Below are positions 36,867 to 45,832 of a stretch of 45,832 nucleotides of DNA, in pieces. The stretch's first letter is position 1; each line of letters opens with the position of its first letter. The notes under the pieces were generated by a model. The model saw nothing but the letters and a program-made list of their open reading frames with translations, ran no database searches and was not told the origin of the DNA. The stretch spans positions 806,001 to 851,832 of the forward strand of contig NW_019091361.1 in the NCBI RefSeq assembly GCF_001949145.1. Direction: 5' to 3'. This DNA comes from Acanthaster planci (lineage: Eukaryota). The position numbers were made by a program, and so were the translations under genes.

Positions 36867-36957
36867 GACGTCACCAATATTTAAGATGCAAAGTGGACGA
36901 GTAAAGCACACTCGCTCCGCCAGCAAACCTCAGCTTGAAGATCTTCGACAGGTAAGT
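36867..36957 (+). promoter_or_regulatory. Candidate promoter and non-coding first exon of GPCR copy 2
   Basis: GACGTCA-CCAAT-TATTTAA and a CAG|GTAAGT donor at 36952, as in copy 1. Confidence 0.5.
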
Positions 36958-38259
36958 CAAACTTTTCTACTTTCCCTTTCCTCTGCCTTTGAGGTGGTGT
37001 GAACATCCATCGTTGTACCACAAATTTGTGCCGTAGCTGCACAATATACATACGTTCAATTTTGCTGTGCAACTTTTTAAATATATGAAATTTCTAGGAC
37101 GAGAAATAATTATCAATGCTTAAACGACAGCTGTTTCTTTGTGGTATTATAGAAACCATAAAACAGTCGTCGAATTACTTCCACCCACCATTTAAAAAAG
37201 GTTTTGTCTTTTCTTCGTAGGAATTGGACAAAAAATCTCTCACAGTAAAACACTTTCCATTGCCTTCTGAAACAAAGTTTCTCATAGTAAACCGTGTTAA
37301 GTTAAGCAATGATGAGCCTTAACCGAAAACGATAGCTGAGTTCGGACGGCTTGTTCTTGCATGTTCACGAACATCGATAGATTTGTTGTTCGTGGGTTGG
37401 CCGCTCGATCGCCTGGAACAAACAACCGGTTATTATTGCTGCTACTTAGTGGCAAGTAACATGCATATGGCGACGTCCATTTACATTACACGAGAGTTAA
37501 TGTTTGGACAGGATGAATTCTTCTCAGATTCTTGACTGGACATCGCCGCAATGCATCATTATCCACTTTTATCAGGAACATTCGTTTCTGTGTTGTGGAA
37601 AACAATTGATGTTAATTTTGCAAATCTTCCCATCGTCCTTGGCCTTGGAGGCCATTTCTCTACTTTTTGTAACTGTTCAAAAATTTAAATCTCACGAGTT
37701 TTTGGTGGTGTGTGATCCTTTTCCGAGAACAGTGTTCTTGATTAGTGTTCCCGCATTGGATTCTACGCAGGAATAAGAGATGGCCAAGTACCTTTAAACA
37801 GGGATCATAAACTATTTTGATCTTCGATATGGAAGCGACGTCCTTTAGGTGCGTGCACAAGTTTATGTGCGTTCGGTGCACGGGCAGTAGCCGATTTTAC
37901 GAAACTTTTCGCAATGGCGTATCTACATAGACTACATTTTCCTCTGAGTGCCACAAAATTGTGCGATTATGTCAATTTTATAAACATGAATACGAAATGT
38001 TTGATTTGGAATTGCTGATAGGCCTATGAGTTAACCCATGGTTTGCATCTCAATGGTCTAAGGGAAGAAACAACACCATGATTTGTTTATACACAGCTGT
38101 CCTCAAGCTTGGTAGACGTAAACGCTAGCAATGACTCTCAATGTCTCGGACTCTTATACTACAATGACTCTATTGTTTTCCAATGTAACGTCTAAAAGTA
38201 AATCCCCAAGTTCACGAGGTGTGTTATATTCGTTACTATACAGGAGGAAAACGTTGGTC

Positions 38260-41040
38260 ATGGCATCAGTTGACTCATCAACCCCACTCCCTGATTTGAA
38301 CGACAGTGACACAAGCTCGGGCATAGAGATAGTCATCGATCCTGTCTACGGCAAGCCCATGCAAAAAGGCATCGGCATTATCACCTTTGTCATCGTCGCT
38401 GTCGGTCTTGTGGCCAACTCGGCTGTCATCTATGTCGTAATGCGGCACCGTGACATGCACACCACTTCTAACTTTGCCTTCGCTAATCTGGCTCTTACCG
38501 ACATTCTTTTGCTTATTTGTCAAGCGTTGTCCTCCACCCTTGATATTTTTGGCGTTGGTGTGTCGGTATTCCTCAACTGCTGGCCGACATTCTACTTTCG
38601 ATACGTACGTAAAACTTTGTTCTTATTTATGTTTGAAGGTCTAGAGGGCGTACTCTGTCCGTTGATTTAAAGCTGGCGTTAAATAAGTGCTCCAAAAAGA
38701 CCACATGGATTCCCTTTTCCGATTAAATGGACTGCTTTGAGTGGTATGGTAAAAATGGTAAAACTAATCTCTCAAGGTGATTCGTTGTAATCGGATGACC
38801 GATTCAAGTTCTTTTTTATGAGTTAAATATTTTAGAAATTCGTTTCAATGAGATACAAATTCAAATTTGGAAATCATGGAGCAGTAAATCATTAGAGTGG
38901 CCACCCACGGTATAGCCTTGCTCAAGGCGTTCGTCGTTAGCCACACAGTACTGGCTAGTCTTGCACCAAGACTGGTTTTACTGTTTTGGCCAGTGTACCT
39001 TATAGGCGACATACGCTGGCGAGCACGGCTTAATAATATTATACCAGTAGAGGACGCTATATTTATCAGGGGCGAACTGCTTAAAACCAGTCTTGTAGAA
39101 TCTGGCAGGCGGCTGTGTCCGAATTAACTTGGCCGTGGCCTGAAATTATGCATGAGTCTGTGGAAGTGGCCACAGACAGTTCTCATAGGCTGCATCCGAA
39201 TCACTCCGCTACGGCTGGAAATTACGCATGATTCTTGGGCAGTGGCTGCGGCCAGTTCCTTCCGACACGACCTGTATAAATAGAGTCGTGTGTAATTTCA
39301 AGCCATAGCCAAGTAATTTGGACACTGCTTTTACCCCCAAAAAAGTCTCATGCGCTCAAGTTACCATGAATAATTGCGCATGCACGCTGCTGCCGAAAAC
39401 CACAGTTTCCATGGTACACGGTCTTCGGCAGTGCGTACGTGCAATATGGGCATTTCAGTGCACGAAATCTGTCGACCTAACGCGCGTTTGGAAACAGTCG
39501 ACAGATTTTGAGCACTATGATTGGTCAAGAAATAATGTTTTGTTTTAAAGTATCTCATAAGAAAGAACTAGAGAACGTATATCTCGTACAAACGAACAAC
39601 TCTGGAAAATGTATCTCATAAAAACGAAGTTGTAAAAATATATTTCATAAACATAAAATTCGAAAAACATACTTTCTTTGTTGAAAATTTGTACTTGATG
39701 GCACCACAGGGCTCCCGTTGGATTCTATCGTATCCAGCTCTGGAAGCTCTGGTACCCAACTCGAGATCTTGTTTTGTACTTATAAGGAAAGCTAGGAGTT
39801 CGCTACTTTCCTCCGACATAAAGCGAGCGAAACAAAAGCCATTTTTATAGTCTGCCGGGGACTAGCTCGCCTCGACAATTAGGTATTGAGAGTTCCAGTG
39901 CCGTTTCCACTATCCACCTCCAAACCTTGTGGTATAGTAGACGTATTAATCTTTATAAGTGCAACGCTACAAATAATTTTAATTAAGAGTAACAAAAAAT
40001 CTAGTGATGAAGTATGAACCCCATTATAACAGCTCCTTGCGATGACAACTTATACCGCATATCCTATACTGAAGGTTAACTGCGCCCTCAATGCTTTTTG
40101 ACGCTATTTTAGGTGGTTGGCGAGGCCACGGCTCTGACCTTGGCGATGATGTCATACGACCGATGGAGACTAGTTGCTTACCCACTGGAGGCCGTGAAAC
40201 ACGCCCGAAGACGCAAACGGGTCTTTCTGTTCGGTGTATTGATGCTTTGGACCGGTGAGGGACATCAAGGCGTAATTAAGTAGAAAAATAAGCAACCAAA
40301 TACAAAACCAAGCAAAATGAAAAAAAAGTATATATTTTGAATTAATATTGTTTCGATGGGGGACAATATTTTGTTGACGCTTTTAACTCTTTGACTGTTC
40401 CTTTTTTCACCCCACAGCGTCGCTTGTCCTGTATTCTCCCGTCATCAAATACTCGATCAAGATCACAAGTGACCATTACACCTTGCCCCGCCGCTTCATC
40501 TATTGTACCATGTATTTCCCTTGGGAACTTGGGCAGGAGCTTTTCGAAACCTTTACTGTGACTTGTATGTACATCATTCCGCTGATCTTCATTTCTGTAT
40601 GCTACCTGAAGATTTGGCTGAAACTTCGAGAGAAAAAACCAGGCCAGGATGGGGACGGCATAAACTCCAGTTCTCAACGCATGCGCCGAACTCTCCGTTT
40701 AATCTTAATCGTAATCGTAGTTTTTGCATTGTCGTGGTTGCCCTATCGAATACTTATTATTTGGTTGGTATGGGATCCCAATTTTCTGGCAACTGCAAGC
40801 ATTTTTCAAATCTGCTTAGCTGTTTCGAATGTAATCATTTACATGAACAGCGTCATCAACCCTTTCATATACCCGTTTGCCGGTACCGGTTTTAGGAAGC
40901 ACATTCGTTGCTTGCGCACCCGAGAACAGACGCTTACATCAAGAACAACCAAGATATCTGCCGTGGCAGCCTCATCTTCGGTTAAGAACACAAACGTGAT
41001 GAGTCTGAGCGTAAGCTGTCAAACAGCACCCCAGATGTAA
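38260..41040 (+). CDS. Class A GPCR, kisspeptin receptor (GPR54)-like, copy 2; join(38260..38604,40113..40254,40418..41040), 369 aa
   Basis: Same sizes for the first two coding exons (345, 142), and the same phases and motifs, as copy 1. Intact frame to TAA at 41038-41040, with a different extreme C-terminus (SCQTAPQM). Confidence 0.9.
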
Positions 41041-42725
41041 CACGGCTCTCTTTGCTTAACTTAGTCACGAAGTGTGCCTAGAGTCGAATCAAGTTCAACT
41101 GTACCTCTGTCAAAGACAACGTCAATGTCCTAGCCAGGCATGTCACTGTGATACCTTTCCTGGGAATTCCAACAAAAAGAATACCACGGTTCTTATGTTC
41201 TACAGTCACTGTTTGCTTGCATTACAGCACGTACATGCATTTACACTGTTAAAAATTGTGTTGTGCTCAATGCGTTTTCTGTGAAATGTATCAGAAATTA
41301 ACAGAGAATCTTTGTAACGGGCGTAACAAATCAATTGTAAATCATTGTACAGTGATTTTTGTGTGTTACAACAAAATGTTTTGTAAATTTACAGTTTTCC
41401 TCTGTAACATGAATTAACATAAATTTGCATATTGAATTTGGTGAAGAAAACCAGTTTCATAAAGTTTTTCTCGTGTTTCCCGTTATTGCGAGAGGCAATG
41501 TTTTTGTGGAGCGAGAATTTTAGTGTAAGTCATCTTGTTTGCCAAAAAATAAGAACTGCAAACAATTATGCCATCCAGCCAACTGTGACTTAATTTGAAA
41601 GAAAAAGCGACGCACATATAAGCGAGCTGCGTGCCATTATAGATTAGTCTAAGAGCAACCGTGATCACACTGCAGCTATCAGGTGAGGACCTGTGTTTGA
41701 ACATATTAGGCCGCAATAAAAATGAGCTTCTGTACATTAACATGACATTTGTAATAACAATTGACATAAGATTCTATGTAAATGTACATAAGTGTTTATT
41801 ACTTCTGCATAGAGAAAGCATGAGTATGCCAGACCAGATCGGACCAGATGAGGAAAGACTTCTTTTCGTATATGGCATTTTCTGAAACAAAAAGATAGAG
41901 ATAATAATTTACTCTCAACCATTGGCTAACAGGAACGCAACTTTAACGTCAGCACACTAACATCAAAGTCTAGACCGCAACCATTGACCCTGGCATAGAT
42001 GCTGTACATCATGGCTAATGATAGGTTAACCAATGATGCTATACCTCGATTAAGTAGGATTGTTCCGAAAAGACAAATTGACCGTCGTCGACTGGTGTGT
42101 AGGACAGATGAGCACGGTTGGACTATGACCGTCTATCGAACTTGTTGGTTGCGGTAGATCGTCCTATGAGGCTGCTACACCAATTAAGCTTTTTACACTG
42201 CCAGTTTGTGAGAGTCACTGAAGTTTAGAGTTATGGCTAGACTACTTCAACACAAGCATAAATTTGTCAAATCTGAAGTACGCCAACACATCAAATGACT
42301 CAGATGTTTTCTTGTAATTCATTATCATTCAAGACTGCAAGACACGCCGTAATTAGCAGTACCAAAAAAATTCAATGTAGCGTAGCGGGGATGAAAGTGG
42401 GGCAGTGAAATACTACTTGTTTGCACTCAGATTCATGTTTAAAATGTTCAATGCTCTTAACTATGCGTAATAATGTTGCTTTTACATTTTTATCACGTGA
42501 CAGACACCTGGTTAGTTTTGATGCACTAAATGTACCTGCGCAGGATCTTAAATCAGTTATAAAAATCAGATGAAAATTATTGTTTTTGAATATTCGGAAA
42601 ACTTCTCTGAACAGTAACATGGAATATCTGCGGAAATATCTACCATCATCTTTCTATAAAAGGCAATCTTTTATCTGTCTCAGTAAATAATACTGCATCT
42701 AACTGTTCATCGAAATACTCAAGCT

Positions 42726-42854
42726 CAATACGGGTGATTCACAATAGTGCACCTTCAAGAGTTTGCAATGCGTTGGCCAACCACAGTGCGCAAATTAAAT
42801 ATGTCGACCCAATGCAAACTGTGGGAGGCGCACTATTGTGAATCGCCCGTATTG
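42726..42854. mobile_element. Fold-back MITE, internally deleted homolog of 28607-28765
   Basis: Same termini with a shortened right arm. Confidence 0.8.
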
Positions 42855-43593
42855 CAGCAATTTGTCTTTTCATGAAAACATTTTCAAGGGGGAAATCAAA
42901 TTCAATCAAATTCAATTCTGGACTTTGACAGCTTTTTCTTTACTAGAAACAAAGAGAACCACCAGTTTAGATGGACAAATGCACATCACCGTATAAATAT
43001 TATACACGTGCTTATCTTTAAAGGCCGATTTGGTTTGACGCCAGACTCATAAGTGGATACAGCCCTGCTGGTCCTGAGAGACGATTCTGCATACACGTAT
43101 TTGTACTGTAATCTTCGCACTACTGTCTTCTTTGTTATTTGAATCAAGTAATTCTATATTAACACGAAATTAACTTGTGTTACTAATTATCACTAACCAC
43201 AAATGTATGAATAAAAATCCTGGACGAAGGTAAATATACCCAGCTTCGGTTAATTATTGAGCCAACTTGATGCTGTATGTCTGAGGTTTTGGGTTTACTA
43301 AAACACGCACAGTGAAGAGAGTACGACTTGTCACTTGTCAAAAAATAGGCCCTGTGCAGCGGAGGGTTATAACACTGGCTCTCATGTTATTTTCAGTCGC
43401 AGTGATCATGTTCTGGGGCAGCTTGGACTACACGCATAATGTGTAGCTATACAATGAATTTCGGGACAACCTTTCTTAAACTTTGTGTTCTTCTTCAAAG
43501 TACAAAAATTCTCTTACATTCCTTTTCGGTTAAACGCGTTGAAAAGTGCACGTCTTGTTGCTATTCACATGAACAAACCCTCAAAATGAGACA

Positions 43594-43720
43594 GGTTGGC
43601 GTAGTATATCTTTCCTGGCCTTCCACCTCTGCGGTCTGGGTTCGAATCCGGCTCGGTCCCTACGCAGGGTTTTCCTCCCACGTCTAAAACTGAATATTTC
43701 TTCTTTCAATGTGTTCTTCG
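43594..43720 (+). mobile_element. tRNA-derived SINE (internally deleted)
   Basis: A box TGGCGTAGT, B box GGTTCGAATCC (43639-43649), core gggttttcctccca, then ctaaaactg as in the 20495-20702 family. Confidence 0.7.
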
Positions 43721-43726
43721 CTCATT

Positions 43727-44447
43727 AGGTCGTATGAATAAAAACTAGCAAATGCTATGAAGTTCAAGCAAACACCAAAAGCATTTACTGAGAAGTCAAA
43801 CCATTAAGAATAAGCAAATGCTTGAATTTGTAGGAATAAAATGTTTCTTTCACTGTTCAGCATCTACTAGTAAAAATATTAGCAAATGCTTTACGCTTGT
43901 GGCTGACTGCACAGCCGAATAGTTTTGCACAATGGGGCTTCCATTGTCTGCACGTACAGACGCATAGTGCAGCACGGTGCTGTATCTTGAGACCTCAGCA
44001 TAGCAGATAAGCTCCATGGCAGTAATTTTGATCGCAAAAACCTTGATGAAAAAAATTGCTCTGCCACTCTCAAATCGGTACAGCTGCCTGCATCTGGTTT
44101 CTTGGGATTCCCTCCTTAAGGCATACAGCTTTTCCTTTCGAATGACATACATGAAGGCTGCCATTTTAAACATTAGCAAATGCTCCTCGTTTTCAAGCTT
44201 GCCCTGACCCAGTCTTGAAAAATGTCAAGTAAATACTCCAATTCTGTAGAACGTACTCATTTTTATTCATACAAAAGGAAACAACTGCGAATTGTCAAGC
44301 ACAAGCTTAAAAAGTAAAAGTGAATACTTTTACTTTTTAGAAATAGTACTGAAGCAAAAGCCTTTGCTTCCTTAGTATTCATACAACACAAGTAAATGCT
44401 TCGAAAAAGGTAGTAAAAGCAAATGCTACTTTTTATTCATACGGCAC
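43727..44447 (-). mobile_element. PIF/Harbinger-like deleted DNA transposon with a residual coding fragment
   Basis: TIRs (a)GGTCGTATGAATAAAAA / TTTTTATTCATACGGCA(c), flanked by ATT on both sides. Subterminal agcaaatgct and tattcatac repeats. Minus ORF 44179-43850 (…RCRQLYRFE…) is weakly reminiscent of a Harbinger transposase N-terminus. Confidence 0.6.
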
Positions 44448-45832
44448 ATTATCAGTCTCTAATTGGCGCTAAATGCGCTGTTGGATGAACAGATATTATA
44501 CACGGCGATGATTTATTCAAGAAGACTGAATTCTCCTCTACAAAAATGCAGGACTTTGTTGTGTACAAATCAATGCAACATGAAGGTTTCCTCCTGGAAT
44601 TATATCATAGTTTTGCTCATGAACATGGAAATCCTCAGCAAAAAACCCTAAGCAGTAAAAGCGGTGAAGTAGTGAAGCAAAACTTTACAAGATGAAAAGT
44701 TGAAAACAATGTGACCAAGTTAGTGGGAGAATGGAAAAAAATCACTTGGACTGTTTTACAGGTTGCTCTCGAGATTTTTTTTTTTTTTAAACTAGGGCTC
44801 TGAACAGAAATTCTGAACATGTATTGGATCCGATTATTGAACAAGTTTCTTGGAAAGACAAGAATTTATGGTGAAAATTGTGCGACTGACATAAACTCGG
44901 CGAAAATAAATCTAAGGGGACAGCAAGTGAGAACTAAGGGAAGACAACTGAGAACTAGGGGAAAACACAATTTAGAACGGGGGGGGGCAAGGCTACCAGA
45001 AGATGAGGGATCTGCCAGAAGATTATTGAAGGGGAAGGATCTACAGCATTCCAGGCTTCGTATTGGCAGAAACGGTATTACGCGCTAGAATCTTGTCCCC
45101 CAAGACCAAATTGCCGTCGGCCACAGCCACTGGTCTGGACTCAACTGATGCAGCAATAGCTTTTACAATCAGAAATACAACCAAGGAGGAAATTATCGCG
45201 GCTATAAACCAAGGAAACACAAAAAAAAAAAAACGAAGAAAGAAGAGCACTCTACGTGACTCCTCTTACGACGGCATGTGCAGGGATGGCTGTCTGGCGC
45301 TGCACTACGCCAAAACCGGCACATGCTTGGCTGGGCATCAACAACACAGTTTGCCCAGGCTACGTAAGAAAGAAAGTCGTAATACATGTGGGAAGTACGT
45401 AACGAATGGAATTCGTAGTGCTCGAAACTCGGTCGGTTACAATACGATTATATGCGACACAAAGGTACAAAGGTTTTTTCAAGCAAATTGATTGCAGCTA
45501 CCCTTAAAGACGTACACGCGTTATGTATGATTCCTACTGCAACCAATCATTTACTGCGTCTTTGGGTTATTTTCCCAGAGACTGGGAGTAGACTTGTCAC
45601 TGGAGACTGGGATTAGATTTGTCACTAACCCCTCCCCCTTTCAAAGTCTACATCAGCGGGCAAAAATAACGACGGAGGTCTTTAACCCCCTCCCCGTACG
45701 GTTTGTACACTCTTAAAATGATGAAAACTATGGACAGCCCGCAACTTGTTCACAGAAACTGGCATAAACGAATTCACTCGTACAATAAACGTGTGAAATG
45801 GCTCTTCAACCAAAATGATTGAATCACGTGGA

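Larger units (their letters stand above)
34009..45577 (+). repeat. Duplicated block, copy 2 (starts at an N gap)
   Basis: Collinear with 19772-31124. The last shared block is 45513-45577 = 31060-31124. Confidence 0.95.

Noticed and set aside
43594..43660. Functional tRNA gene (also considered at 11689-11753)
   Set aside because: A and B boxes are present but there is no complete cloverleaf. The 43594 copy runs into a SINE core and the 11689 copy into other repeat sequence.
1..45832. CRISPR array, rRNA or prokaryotic operon
   Set aside because: No regularly spaced direct repeats, rRNA-like sequence or operon-like gene density. The sequence is spliceosomal-intron eukaryotic DNA.

Overview
Eukaryotic genomic DNA, intron- and repeat-rich, with two N gaps. 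It is probably an invertebrate deuterostome such as a sea star (inference from the receptor type and repeat style). Manual splice-site reading finds four gene loci, most of them only partly visible in the ORF track. (1) The last coding exon and a likely ~4 kb 3'UTR of an unidentified minus-strand gene (4121-4470). (2) Six in-frame 3' exons of a plus-strand GRAMD2-like tail-anchored protein (5311-9788), back-to-back or interleaved with gene 1. (3) An intronless bacterial-type PI-specific phospholipase C with an N-terminal MG/Cys lipidation motif (14815-15663). (4) Two tandem copies of a kisspeptin-receptor-like (DRW) class A GPCR with three coding exons, inside a duplicated block with a ~14.2 kb period; their last exons are much more diverged than the adjacent intron. 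The rest is decayed mobile DNA: a DD41D Tc1/mariner transposase, Penelope-like retroelements (one beside a degenerate hammerhead motif), tRNA-derived SINEs and many MITEs. No rRNA, intact tRNA or CRISPR array was seen.
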